64,000 nt of DNA from Chloroflexi bacterium HGW-Chloroflexi-10 (GTDB lineage: Bacteria > Chloroflexota > Anaerolineae > Anaerolineales > Anaerolineaceae): contig PHBZ01000015.1 of the NCBI GenBank assembly GCA_002840755.1, positions 1-64,000 of the forward strand, written 5' to 3'. Below the pieces are notes generated by a model. It was given only the letters and a program-made list of their open reading frames with translations, was not told the origin of the DNA and did no database searches. Every line of letters starts with the position of its first letter. The first letter of the stretch is position 1. The position numbers were made by a program, and so were the translations under genes. Below, piece after piece: positions 18,594-29,248 of this stretch.

Positions 18594-20465
18594 TTATCGA
18601 TACCCTTCTGCCTGCAAATTGAACAATCGCGCGTAAGCCCCATCCAGTTTTATTAACTCGGTATGGCTGCCCAGTTCAAGGATTTTACCTGTCGACAACA
18701 CCACGATCCGGTCTGCCATGCGTACTGTTGAGAAACGATGTGAGATTAAAACGGCAATACGATTTTCAATCAGTTCACCGAACCGTTTAAATACCTCATA
18801 CTCAGCCTCGGCGTCCAATGCCGAAGTAGGTTCATCCAATACCAATACCTCAGCTTCCCGCATAAACGCGCGAGCCAGAGCGATTTTTTGCCACTGCCCA
18901 CCGGATAATTCCTGCCCTTTCTCCCAATGCCGCCCCAGCATTGTCTCGTATCCCTGGGGCATTTTCTCGATAATTGGGCTGGCACCACCGCGATTTGCTG
19001 CTTCCTTAATACGGTCCAAATCTTCGAGGGCATCCACCTGGCCGAATCCAATATTTTCCCGTACTGTGAACTGGTATCGGACGAAATCCTGAAAAATGAC
19101 ACCAAAACGTTGATGAAGGCTAGTCAGATTGTACTCGCGCAGGTCTTTACCATCAAGCAACACCTGTCCATCCGTCGGATCGTAAAGCCGCGTGAGCAGC
19201 TTTATTAATGTCGTCTTGCCTGCTCCGTTGAGACCAACCAGAGCGATTCTCTCACCAGGCTTTATGTGCAGATTTATATCTTTCAACACGTAAACATCAG
19301 AACCTGGATAACGAAACGAGACGTTCCTAAATTCGATCCCATGTCTAATAGGTGCGGGTGCTACAAGGCCATTGACCGGTGCGACCAATTGCGGTTGAAG
19401 TTTTAGATAGGTCATCAAATTGTCAAGAAACAGGTTACTTTCATATAGACGGTTTAAGCTATCAAGCAGGGAGCGGATTGAGCTTTGGGATTGGCGGAAG
19501 ATTGCCAGGAACATTGTCATATCACCCAGTGTAATGATACCGGCAATTGTCCGCAGTACAATCCAGGCATAGCTTCCATAATAGGTAAGGGTGGATAACA
19601 TGCCCCAGCCCAATCCGGCAATTGTGCGCCTCTCAGCAATAGCGCGGTCTTCCAGGAAAAACTGGGAGAACAATGTTTGATAGCGTTTTAGAAGCGGTTC
19701 ACCAAGCCCAAAAAGTTTGATCTCCTTGACCGTATCGTTACCGGTAAGCAGTGTTTCCAAATAATTTATTAATCGGGATTCTGGCGCACGACGACTGACA
19801 GCCCGAAACGCCTTTTCAGCATATTGTGATTGTGAAAGAAAAGAGGGGATAGCGGATACAAAGATGATGACTGCGAGCCACGGACTGAAGCGCAAGAGCA
19901 AGATCACCAGTGAAATAAGTGTAATCACTTGCTGCACCAATTGAAGTGTGGCATTCACAATATTGAGCGCGCTGACATCCGCCTGACGCCGTGCATTCTG
20001 CAAGGTATCGTAAAAGATGGGGTTTTCGAAGAATTGCAGGTCCAGGCTGATTGCCTTGCGAATGATCAGACTGTTAACGTGGTTTGTCAGTTGTGATTGG
20101 ATGATGCGGTCGAACAGTGAACGTACCTGGCCTGTCATTGAACCAATCAGCACGAGTGCAAACTCTAAAGCAAGATATGGCCCAACATAGCGAAGTCCAA
20201 TGATTGGTTCCATGCCCTGGTTTGCAGCAAGCACAATTGCATCGATAATCAGTTTACCAGCCCAAGCCTGTGCCGCTGGCAGTAAGGCTGAAATAAGCGT
20301 CAGACTAATTCCCATCATCGCAGCTTTACGGCTGGCAAACCATACAAGGCGGAATGCTTCCGGTGTATTCCGAAACGATTTCCAATATTCACGTACCCTA
20401 TTCCTTATTCGGGTGATCCAGGAAGTTGATGGTTGTTTGGATGGGATAGAATTATGTGAATTCAA
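18594..20465 (-). CDS. ABC transporter, fused permease/ATP-binding exporter (MsbA-like)
   Basis: Six-TM domain plus an NBD with Walker A GLNGAGKTT, signature LSGGQWQ and Walker B VLVLDE. Apparent TTG start. Confidence 0.85.
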   Translation of the reverse strand: MNSHNSIPSKQPSTSWITRIRNRVREYWKSFRNTPEAFRLVWFASRKAAMMGISLTLISALLPAAQAWAGKLIIDAIVLAANQGMEPIIGLRYVGPYLALEFALVLIGSMTGQVRSLFDRIIQSQLTNHVNSLIIRKAISLDLQFFENPIFYDTLQNARRQADVSALNIVNATLQLVQQVITLISLVILLLRFSPWLAVIIFVSAIPSFLSQSQYAEKAFRAVSRRAPESRLINYLETLLTGNDTVKEIKLFGLGEPLLKRYQTLFSQFFLEDRAIAERRTIAGLGWGMLSTLTYYGSYAWIVLRTIAGIITLGDMTMFLAIFRQSQSSIRSLLDSLNRLYESNLFLDNLMTYLKLQPQLVAPVNGLVAPAPIRHGIEFRNVSFRYPGSDVYVLKDINLHIKPGERIALVGLNGAGKTTLIKLLTRLYDPTDGQVLLDGKDLREYNLTSLHQRFGVIFQDFVRYQFTVRENIGFGQVDALEDLDRIKEAANRGGASPIIEKMPQGYETMLGRHWEKGQELSGGQWQKIALARAFMREAEVLVLDEPTSALDAEAEYEVFKRFGELIENRIAVLISHRFSTVRMADRIVVLSTGKILELGSHTELIKLDGAYARLFNLQAEGYR

Positions 20466-20803
20466 TATAAGCTCCAGATTTTATTGGCAAAGACCAATCT
20501 ATACAAAGTTTCTTATACACCACATTTTCAATCTATTGTTATTGATATGTTTTAATTATAACGATGTAAACGAATGACGCTTTCAGCTTTATTAGATCAT
20601 ACCAAAGTTCTCAATTCCTATTGGAAAATCTTTTTTTGCCAAGGTTCCACCCTTATTTGCATTGTCGTTAATTTTTACCCGTTTAGCCGGATAAAAATAC
20701 CTGATTGCCCCATTTAATTAAGCGTGACAATTTATGAGAAGCCGTTTTGGTAGATGGAGAATTACCCTTTGATTAATTATCCTCAACACTCAATTTGCAT
20801 TTG

Positions 20804-21877
20804 CTATGATTTGGCAGATAGATATGCGTTGAACCTGTTTTTTAGTCGTAAAAATGGTTTCTCAACCAGCCAATAGGATAGACCTGCAGTAAAAAATGTA
20901 AGCAATATCTTGATCGTAATCAATAAGGATGGATCCAAGGCAAATTCAGCTTGTTCAATGATGGCTCCAATGGGAGCATGCCAAAGATAAAGGCCATATG
21001 AAATCACACCGATTTTTACCAATGGGGTAAAACTGAATATTTTGGAAATGATTGGGGATGGATAATTGACCAGGCGGCTGATAATAATAAGTGTTCCTAT
21101 AGAGACACCTAGATTTCCATAAAGCGGTATGAATGATTGTGTGAGTTGTTTATCAATCAAGAGCCAGATAGCAAGAAGAAATGTTAATAAAGTAATCAAT
21201 GAAATAATGCGTTTATATTTCGAGAAATCAGGAAAAAATCCGTATACCGTCATTAATCCAAACGCGGATCCAATCAACAGTCCGTCAGCATGAAGGTCGG
21301 TGCCCATATAAACGCGAAACCAATCCTCAGTTGAATTCCAGACTAAAACGCGGGCCAGAGTAGAGGCCAATCCAAGAAAGAGAGGAATAATGATGATAAT
21401 TTTTTTCGGAAGATTCGTTCTTAATAAAGAGAGCAGGATCATTGGCCAGAGAATATAGTATTGTTCTTCAACGGACAACGACCAGGTATGATCCAGATAT
21501 AAGCTGTCAGGTTGTAAATGAAGCGCTTTTATCCAGTTTGTAAAATAAAAAAGCGTAGAAAATATATATGGTCTTGGGGCAACCATGCAAAAAACAATTA
21601 ATATCAATACCAGTGCAGGATAAAGTCTCAGGATGCGACGTATATAAAAATTTTTCAATCCAATCCTGCCAGTTTGTTCCCATTCCTCTATCAACAGAAC
21701 TGTAATTAAAAAACCGCTTAATGCAAAAAAGATATCAACGCCAAATAGACCATTTCGGCCGATTGGCAGATTGAAGTGGAAAAAGATCACACAAAGGACG
21801 GCGATACCGCGTATCCCATCCAGAGCTGGCAGATACCCGAGGTGAAATGTAGATGGCTGGAGTGTATTTGATTTCAT
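20804..21877 (-). CDS. acyltransferase family 3 (OafA/YrhL-like) membrane protein
   Basis: N-terminal LDGIRGIAVLCVIFFHF motif; multi-TM protein. Confidence 0.75.
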   Translation of the reverse strand: MKSNTLQPSTFHLGYLPALDGIRGIAVLCVIFFHFNLPIGRNGLFGVDIFFALSGFLITVLLIEEWEQTGRIGLKNFYIRRILRLYPALVLILIVFCMVAPRPYIFSTLFYFTNWIKALHLQPDSLYLDHTWSLSVEEQYYILWPMILLSLLRTNLPKKIIIIIPLFLGLASTLARVLVWNSTEDWFRVYMGTDLHADGLLIGSAFGLMTVYGFFPDFSKYKRIISLITLLTFLLAIWLLIDKQLTQSFIPLYGNLGVSIGTLIIISRLVNYPSPIISKIFSFTPLVKIGVISYGLYLWHAPIGAIIEQAEFALDPSLLITIKILLTFFTAGLSYWLVEKPFLRLKNRFNAYLSAKS

Positions 21878-21923
21878 TGATCTCGTCGATGGGGTAATGT
21901 TTCAGTTATCTGGGAATATAGCG

Positions 21924-22790
21924 CTATTGATCCAATATCTTAATTACCTGCTGTTTCGTGCCTTTCCATGGGCCGGGCACTTCCTGTTTTAACGATGTTA
22001 TTATACCTGCCCAGCGGCACGCTGTTTCCGGATTCTCCGACTGGCGCATCGCAATATATGTGGAAAAGCAGGTATCACCTCTACCAGTGCGTCCTGCCAG
22101 GGACCTGGGGGTGAATGGAGCTTCATAAAATACCCCATCAGCGAATACGGTAACTCCCGAAGATTGGGTCAGTACAATTTCTTTTGGTCCCATTGCATGC
22201 AGCTTTTTAGCGGCCTCATACGGGTTGGTTAATCCTGTAAGAAATTCCGCTTCGGCTTTATCTACTTTAAGAAGAGTTACATATTGCAAACCTTCTTCAA
22301 TTTCAGTCCAGGGTTGGAAGATTAATCCATCTTCGACGGGGACGCGTACAAAACCCTGGATATCCATTCCTACCGGTGCCCTGTGGGATAATGCCTGTAA
22401 CAATGCCAGATCAATTTCGCCGGAAAAAAGCGGGGACAGCATGATCACATTGGTTTTCAGATCGGGGATTTCATTCAAATTGTATTTTCCGCCAAAACCG
22501 AGGGGTTTACAGATGCGTCGTTCCATGTCGGAAGATTGATAAAAATTGGCAATACCAGATGTACCTTCCGCTGAAGTTGCGAATACTTCAATGCCTTCTT
22601 CTTTCAATTCCACGAGACGGGGAAAATCATCCGGGTGCAACCGCGTGACCACTACCACATTATAGCCCAGGCGTTTGACGACCACGCTACCGTAATAAAC
22701 ACCACCACCGGATGCAATTTCTTCAACACCATCCACAATCAACTTGTCTTTGGCAAAATTGCCGATCATCATAACATCAAAATCAGTCAT
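21924..22790 (-). CDS. PfkB-family (ribokinase-like) carbohydrate/nucleoside kinase
   Basis: MTDFDVMMIGNF N-terminus and C-terminal GRGDTC (GxGD-like) motif. Its start overlaps the stop of the ABC ATPase by 8 nt. Confidence 0.7.
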   Translation of the reverse strand: MTDFDVMMIGNFAKDKLIVDGVEEIASGGGVYYGSVVVKRLGYNVVVVTRLHPDDFPRLVELKEEGIEVFATSAEGTSGIANFYQSSDMERRICKPLGFGGKYNLNEIPDLKTNVIMLSPLFSGEIDLALLQALSHRAPVGMDIQGFVRVPVEDGLIFQPWTEIEEGLQYVTLLKVDKAEAEFLTGLTNPYEAAKKLHAMGPKEIVLTQSSGVTVFADGVFYEAPFTPRSLAGRTGRGDTCFSTYIAMRQSENPETACRWAGIITSLKQEVPGPWKGTKQQVIKILDQ

Positions 22791-23871
22791 GATTTTTCTC
22801 GTCGGGCAGAACCTGAATGCATCCTTCTGCAAAGCCAACAGTAACCTGTTCGTTTTCCGGGAAAAGCTCCATCACATAGGGGTCCATTTCCAATCCAGTG
22901 ATGAGTTGGTTGCCAACCTCGATATCATATTCGATTACATTACCGAGATACGCAGCTCTGCGGATAGTTCCATTGAATAACTCTCCGGTTTTTTTTACCC
23001 TGGTCATTTCCGGACGGATGATTAGAGTAACTGCTTCTTGTTTTTTAAATTGGCGTTGTACATTTTTAAGTGTGATGACCTCGCCCAATGATTTTACAGT
23101 TAAATTCCGTTCACTTTGCTCTTGAACCACACCAGAAATGAAATTGGCTCGTCCGATAAAGTCGGCTACAAACCTGCTGTTCGGATAACGGTATATCTCA
23201 ACCGGTGTACCAATTTGTTCAATCACCCCCAAATTCATGACCACAATTCGGTCTGAAAGCGTCATCGCTTCGATCTGGTCATGGGTGACATATACACTGG
23301 TGATATTCATTTCTTTCTGAATGCGGCGGATCTCAGTGCGCATTTCTTCGCGTAATTTGGCGTCAAGATTGGATAAGGGCTCATCCATGAGAAGTACTTT
23401 TGGTTCCATGATCAGGGCCCGGGCTAATGCCACACGTTGCTGTTGCCCGCCTGAAAGCTGTGTGGGAGCGCGATCCCCGTAACCCTCAAGATGTACAAGG
23501 GCGAGAGCGCGGTTGACGCGTTCTGATATGATCGATTTTGAAAGTCGTTGTACATTAAGTCCGTAGGCAATGTTTTCATATACAGTTAAATGTGGAAAAA
23601 TTGCATAACTTTGAAAAACCATGGACATATCACGTTTATGCGGCGGCAATGAATTAATTGGGCTGCCATCCAGAATAATCTCTCCGGAAGTAGGGAATTC
23701 AAATCCGGCAATCATTCTAAGTGTAGTGGTTTTTCCGCACCCGCTTGGGCCAAGCAAAGTGACCAATTCTCCTTTTTTTATTTCCAGGTTTACATTATGA
23801 ACAGCTGTAACTTCGCCCGTTCCACCGCGTGCGGGGAAGGTCTTGGTAATGTTTTCTAAGGTAAGGTACAT
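22783..23871 (-). CDS. ABC transporter ATP-binding protein (PotA/FbpC type, with C-terminal TOBE-like domain)
   Basis: Walker A GPSGCGKTT, signature LSGGQQQRV, Walker B LLMDEP. Confidence 0.85.
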   Translation of the reverse strand: MYLTLENITKTFPARGGTGEVTAVHNVNLEIKKGELVTLLGPSGCGKTTTLRMIAGFEFPTSGEIILDGSPINSLPPHKRDMSMVFQSYAIFPHLTVYENIAYGLNVQRLSKSIISERVNRALALVHLEGYGDRAPTQLSGGQQQRVALARALIMEPKVLLMDEPLSNLDAKLREEMRTEIRRIQKEMNITSVYVTHDQIEAMTLSDRIVVMNLGVIEQIGTPVEIYRYPNSRFVADFIGRANFISGVVQEQSERNLTVKSLGEVITLKNVQRQFKKQEAVTLIIRPEMTRVKKTGELFNGTIRRAAYLGNVIEYDIEVGNQLITGLEMDPYVMELFPENEQVTVGFAEGCIQVLPDEKNHD

Positions 23872-23894
23872 TAGTTTTGCCTCAATTTATAAGA

Positions 23895-26162
23895 TTAGAA
23901 TCCCTGACTCATGTCTACTGAGCCCCTGCCTTTGAACAGACGATTGACAATCAAGTTCAATACAAAAATAGCTATCATGACAAATACAATGATAACCGTT
24001 GAATATGCTGCTGCGATGCTTACGCCGCCTTGCTCCCATTCGCTTAATATCGAAGCTGTCACGATTCTCCATTTGGCGCTGATCAGGAAAATGATCGCAG
24101 AAAGGCTGGTCATATGTCTTGTAAAACTGAAGATCAAACCCGCTAGGAGCGCCGGGAGAATTAACGGAAGTGTAACTTTTATGAATGTATATTGGGCATC
24201 CGCACCCAGAATATTGGAGGCTTCTTCAATCGACGGATCAATCTGTTGCAGTGCTGCCACACCAGAGCGAACAGATGCCGGTAAACTGCGAACGATAAAT
24301 GCTGCCATAATAATGTACGCACCACCCACCATTGCAAATGGTACGTCAATAAATGAGAGTGCACACGGAATTGCCAGCCCAAGAGTTCCGAGACCGATCC
24401 GGAAACCTTTTCCTTTTAAACCCTGTAAAAGAATTACCCCAGCAAATACAAGAGCAATTGCCAGCAAAGCAGGCGTGGGTTGAATGAGCACTTTAATGTG
24501 GTCAGAGATCTGGAAGATTCCGTTACTCCAAAACCCTCTTTCCATACCCCGGCTAAAATCAGTAATAGGTTTCGTGAGAATCGTCGCCCAGTTGGTTGAC
24601 ATGACGTAAACACCTAACAAAATGGCGGCTAATGGTTTTACGAATTTTTTCTGGGTGATCATTAATAATATTGCGATCACTGCGTATATTCCACCGAGAT
24701 AAAAATACATGGAGGTTGGATCTATCTTCGTAAGCCCCACACCTATTGCAGTGCCAAGAATCAAAATAACGATTCTTTCGGATCCCTTTTTTCCAATGAC
24801 CTGGGCGTAGAACAATGCCAGAATGGCATAAACAGCAATTGCCAGGGCAAGCGGAGGTTTATTGAATGCCAGGATAAAGCCAATACCGAGGATAGTGCCA
24901 GGAACAGCTCCTCCGAGATTGGATGAAAAATCCAGAGCATCTTTGCCGGTGAATTTTTTTCTCACCACCAACCAGGCGATGACCATACCTAATATTGCGG
25001 CAAATGGAGTCGCCATGGCGCTGAGAAATGTAGTATCCAGAATCGCTTCAATACCGCGTGTGACTGTCAGGGACCAATGTTTTAAGGTCGGTGCAAAATT
25101 CACTCCCCAGGCGGTAGCAAAGGACCCGTAGATGATCGTGGTATATAACAGGATAATAAATGCAATAATCAGATATGCTGTGATATTGACAACCCAGCGG
25201 ATGATAGGATCTTTTTCCATGATTTGTGAACCGGCTGGTTTCCCGGTAACGGAAATATATGTACGGCGATTAACATAATACCGCTGTACCAGGAATATGA
25301 CCAATGTTGGGATGATTAATACCAGAGATAAAGCAGAAGCTTTTTGATAGTTGTACTCACCTATCACCGCCAGAAAGATCTGCGATGATAATACAGTCTT
25401 GTTACCGGCAATGAATAACGGATTACCCAGGTCTGCTAATGACTCGACAAACAGGAGCAAGAAAGACCCGGCAATTCCAGGGATCAGCAGAGGCAGGGTC
25501 ACCGTGCGGAATAAATGAAATCTACCGGCTCCCAAACTGGAGGCGGCTTCTTCCAGGGCCGGGTTCAACCGCTCCAGCATGGCTTTGAGAATTAAATACG
25601 AAACTGAAAAAAAGGTGATGGTTTGGACGAGTACCAAACCATCCAACCCATAAATATCATTCATTCCTTGAATAAATTTGATCCCAAAAACTTTATTGGT
25701 TATCAAACCGTTTCGACCAAATAAAAGGATCACGCTGAGTGCCAAAGCGAAAGGGGGTGAAACAGTAGGAACTAAGGCCAACCAATGCACAATATTCTTG
25801 CCGGGAATCCTACAACGTACTACCGCATAGGCAAAGATAAAACCAACCAGCGTTCCTGATGTAGCAGTCAGCAAACCCATCAGCATCGTATCAAAAAATG
25901 CTTTTCGCAATCCAGGTCCAAAATAATCATCAAAATATCGCGCAAAATAAGTAATATCAAATGCGCCTTCTTTGGATATGAACCCGCCCACTATCGAACG
26001 ATATAATGGAAAAATAACAAAAACAAATATAAAAATACCAGAAAGCAACAGGCTCATGAAGAGCACAGGGTCTCTACCGATCAGAGAAAATTCGCGGATC
26101 CGCCTGGTAATGTTTGAAATTTTAGGATTGGGGAATTTTGGGCCAGATGAAGTTGCCTGCAT
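23895..26162 (-). CDS. ABC transporter permease, fused two-domain FbpB-like
   Basis: 755 aa with two tandem six-TM permease modules, as in Fe3+/thiamine-type ABC permeases. Confidence 0.8.
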   Translation of the reverse strand: MQATSSGPKFPNPKISNITRRIREFSLIGRDPVLFMSLLLSGIFIFVFVIFPLYRSIVGGFISKEGAFDITYFARYFDDYFGPGLRKAFFDTMLMGLLTATSGTLVGFIFAYAVVRCRIPGKNIVHWLALVPTVSPPFALALSVILLFGRNGLITNKVFGIKFIQGMNDIYGLDGLVLVQTITFFSVSYLILKAMLERLNPALEEAASSLGAGRFHLFRTVTLPLLIPGIAGSFLLLFVESLADLGNPLFIAGNKTVLSSQIFLAVIGEYNYQKASALSLVLIIPTLVIFLVQRYYVNRRTYISVTGKPAGSQIMEKDPIIRWVVNITAYLIIAFIILLYTTIIYGSFATAWGVNFAPTLKHWSLTVTRGIEAILDTTFLSAMATPFAAILGMVIAWLVVRKKFTGKDALDFSSNLGGAVPGTILGIGFILAFNKPPLALAIAVYAILALFYAQVIGKKGSERIVILILGTAIGVGLTKIDPTSMYFYLGGIYAVIAILLMITQKKFVKPLAAILLGVYVMSTNWATILTKPITDFSRGMERGFWSNGIFQISDHIKVLIQPTPALLAIALVFAGVILLQGLKGKGFRIGLGTLGLAIPCALSFIDVPFAMVGGAYIIMAAFIVRSLPASVRSGVAALQQIDPSIEEASNILGADAQYTFIKVTLPLILPALLAGLIFSFTRHMTSLSAIIFLISAKWRIVTASILSEWEQGGVSIAAAYSTVIIVFVMIAIFVLNLIVNRLFKGRGSVDMSQGF

Positions 26163-26223
26163 AAACTTCCTTTTATAAATTCTGGGCGGTGTAAACCGCC
26201 CAGAATTTTCAGATGGTTGTAAA

Positions 26224-27306
26224 TTATTGTTTCAAATTTTCTGCATTGACGATCTCATTGGTGAATTTATCAACAATGGCTGTTTTATTCTCGCCAGACC
26301 AAATAAAATCATAATCGATCAGATTCACATCAAGTAATTCGGGATGAGAGAGCTCAACGCCATTGACCGTTGGAGCCTGATAAGCATGGTATTTGGGACC
26401 TAATGCTTGTCCTTCCGGAGAGATTGCCCAATCAAACCACAACTTAGCAGCTTGCATGTTTTTCGCGCCTTTCAGGATGGCCTGACCACCAATTTCAAAA
26501 CCGGTTCCTTCAGCGGGGAAAGATAGTACCAGGGGCATCTGATTATTCTCGATCTCATTCACAGTATCATGAGAGAAAACAATCGCGACTGCGGCTTCAC
26601 CCTGACCAACGAATTTTGCTGGTGCAGCACCGCTTTTTGTAAATTGAGCCATTTGGGCGGCATACTTCGTGATATATTCCCACCCAGCTTCTTCACCACG
26701 TATTTGGAGAATGGTGGAAAGAGCTGTGTAGGATGTACCGGAAGTAGAGGGGTGAGCAACCATTACCTGCCCGGTGAATTCGGGTTTCAATAAATCATCC
26801 CATGAAGTAGGAGCTTTGACATCCGGGTGCTCTGCAAGCCAGTTGGTATTTGTGGCAAAACCAAGCGATCCGACATAAACGCCAACCCACTGGTTGTCAA
26901 CATCTTTCATCTTTTGTGGGTCACGGATATTGCCATAATTGGGGGAATCATAAGCTTCGAGTAACCCCTTGCCTTTTGCGGAAACAAAACTATCAATGGG
27001 TCCTCCCCACCAAATGTCAAAAGTGGGGGCATCTTTCTCGGCTTCAATACGGGCTAATGCTTCACCAGAGGACATGCGAACATAATTCACAGTGATTCCA
27101 TATTTCGCTTCGAATTCTTGCTTCATTCCCTGGCACCACTCTTCTTGCGGTGTGCAAAGTACGTTTAACTCGGTGTCAGTAATTGTAGCGGGCGCATCTT
27201 CAACTACCGGTGCTTCTGTTGCTACTGCAGCTGGCTGACAGGCGCTAAGAACTGCTAGCGCGATGAAAGCCAATACCATCAAAAGACTAACTTTTTTTGT
27301 TACCAT
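26224..27306 (-). CDS. ABC transporter substrate-binding lipoprotein (extracellular solute-binding family 1, Fe3+-type)
   Basis: Signal peptide with lipobox LSAC. SD GGAGGAG. Family-1 SBP composition. Confidence 0.8.
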   Translation of the reverse strand: MVTKKVSLLMVLAFIALAVLSACQPAAVATEAPVVEDAPATITDTELNVLCTPQEEWCQGMKQEFEAKYGITVNYVRMSSGEALARIEAEKDAPTFDIWWGGPIDSFVSAKGKGLLEAYDSPNYGNIRDPQKMKDVDNQWVGVYVGSLGFATNTNWLAEHPDVKAPTSWDDLLKPEFTGQVMVAHPSTSGTSYTALSTILQIRGEEAGWEYITKYAAQMAQFTKSGAAPAKFVGQGEAAVAIVFSHDTVNEIENNQMPLVLSFPAEGTGFEIGGQAILKGAKNMQAAKLWFDWAISPEGQALGPKYHAYQAPTVNGVELSHPELLDVNLIDYDFIWSGENKTAIVDKFTNEIVNAENLKQ

Positions 27307-27520
27307 TTATCTCCTCCAAAGAATTGAATAATCAGGATATTGTGAATATCCTCTTTGCTGATTAAATTGGGTTTGGGTTTTGATTTATCAGCAGTAAGGT
27401 TATTATGCAATGTAAATTATTGCTTTGTCAAGCAGATTGAAGGCGCAGTATTAGCCCCAAAGGGGGTGGTGAAATTGAAGAGATGATAGGATATAAGGCT
27501 TATTTTTAAATGAAATCACA

Positions 27521-27943
27521 TCAGGTGTTTCTTAGGGAAACAGGGTGATTAGCATTCAATTGTAATAAATCCCATAAATTTCCATATAAATCTTCAAAAA
27601 CAGCAACCAATCCGTAATCTTCTTCTTTTGGTGGCCGGATAAAATTTATGCCCCTGGAAACCATCTCGTTATAGTCTCTCCAAAAATCATCCGTGTTAAG
27701 AAATAAAAAAACTCGCCCACCAGCCTGGTTTCCTACAAAAGGTTTCTGTTCAGGTTTAGATGCTCTGGCTAAAAGAAGTGTTGTTCCAACAGAACCGGGA
27801 GGAGAAACCACAACCCAACGTTTATCCTGCTCCGGCTGGTAAGTATCCTCTATCAGTGTAAAATGAAGTTTTTCAGTATAAAAAGCAATAGCTTCATCAT
27901 ATTCGTCGACAACTAAGGCAATATGTACAATTGATTGTTTCAT
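27521..27943 (-). CDS. VOC/glyoxalase-bleomycin resistance family protein
   Basis: 140 aa with a VOC beta-alpha-beta-beta-beta pattern (HIALVVDEYDEAIAFY). Confidence 0.7.
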   Translation of the reverse strand: MKQSIVHIALVVDEYDEAIAFYTEKLHFTLIEDTYQPEQDKRWVVVSPPGSVGTTLLLARASKPEQKPFVGNQAGGRVFLFLNTDDFWRDYNEMVSRGINFIRPPKEEDYGLVAVFEDLYGNLWDLLQLNANHPVSLRNT

Positions 27944-28283
27944 AATTTTTTTCTCCTATAATATGACTGTTTCAATCTAAAGTGATGTGGGTTCTTGATG
28001 TGATTTAATTATGCCATAATAAGAAACCGTTAGTCTTGATAATGGAATTCGAGTAAGGGCGATTGCGGCGCGGATTTTTGTTCTACATTTGATTTGTAAA
28101 TCCACACGGAGTTGTGAGAAAAGGAATCGCTGTGTAATAATCGGCGCAAAACCTGGAAAATTAAGCAAAGAAAAGGGATCCCTCGCTTTGTCTCGGGATA
28201 AACGCCATTTGAGGACTGGTGGCTTGAGGAGTATATGACGAGTTTTGCGGACTGTCACAAATCTCAAGGTTCAATAATTCGGG

Positions 28284-28709
28284 TTAATAGCGTCGACGCC
28301 TTAAACCTACAAACATTCCCAGAATAAGAAATATAATTGCCACACCAATCAGAAATCCAAGGTTGTATGGGATCCCATCGTTGTGGACTTCGTACATTTG
28401 CATATTTGTATTAAATAATGACATTACAAGTGTTATGGGTGAGGTGATCCCATGCCAGATTCCTATCAGGAAACCGGAAATACGATTATATGTATCGACT
28501 GTATTAGTGAGTGGGTTTGGACCAGGCGCAAAAATTTTTATACTAAAAGCGGGTACGTTGATTTCGCCGATGGGAGTAGGTGTTATGTCCTGTGCATTCG
28601 GAGCCGAATTATTGGGTTGTGCGGTACCAGTATCTGGGGTATTGACCATGATCATTACGAGAATGATGGTCAGTAAAATGAAAACGGTAATGATTAATTT
28701 TTTCTTCAT
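28284..28709 (-). CDS. hypothetical membrane protein
   Basis: N-terminal and C-terminal TM helices; central region rich in Pro, Asn and Thr. Confidence 0.45.
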   Translation of the reverse strand: MKKKLIITVFILLTIILVMIMVNTPDTGTAQPNNSAPNAQDITPTPIGEINVPAFSIKIFAPGPNPLTNTVDTYNRISGFLIGIWHGITSPITLVMSLFNTNMQMYEVHNDGIPYNLGFLIGVAIIFLILGMFVGLRRRRY

Positions 28710-29248
28710 CTCTTAAATCCTTATTTTGACATTTCTTTTGCATAAATACGCTGCAACAGGTTTGGGATCGCTGCTGGATGCAGTGGTTAGCCAGTTAACC
28801 GAATGATTCGTATGAATTCAAAATGGTCCTGGATAATAATTGCGATTGTTTTTTCTTTATCCGGACTTACATCAATTAACATTCTATTCGAAAAGGGCTA
28901 TCTGCGTCCTTAAAAAAAACTATCAAAAACCTATTTTTTTTATCACTTTTCAAAATCTTCTGAGAAGATGTCATCAACAAATTTATAACTTTACTCCCAA
29001 TTTTTGGTGAAAATACTCAGATTTTTTAAATATTCTATATTGATCCATATCCCGGGTGTATCGTTTTCGCATTATTCGATCTGATTTTACCCAGCTTGGT
29101 TATGTTTATACTGTTATTTGAAAATTACACAATCAAAAAGGAAGCTAACACAAACCAGAAAAGCGGGGAGCGACAAGGAAGTTGTCGTATGCACTGCGAG
29201 CATCCTGCCGCAAAGTCTCAATGCAGATTTGATGAACGAAATCCATTT

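Noticed and set aside
27307-27520. Looked for a TPP or other riboswitch in the 5' UTR of the Fe3+/thiamine-type SBP
   Set aside because: No match to the thi-box (CUGAGA...ACCUGAUCUGGAUAAUGCCAGCG) or other riboswitch cores recognisable by eye. This needs a covariance-model search to settle.
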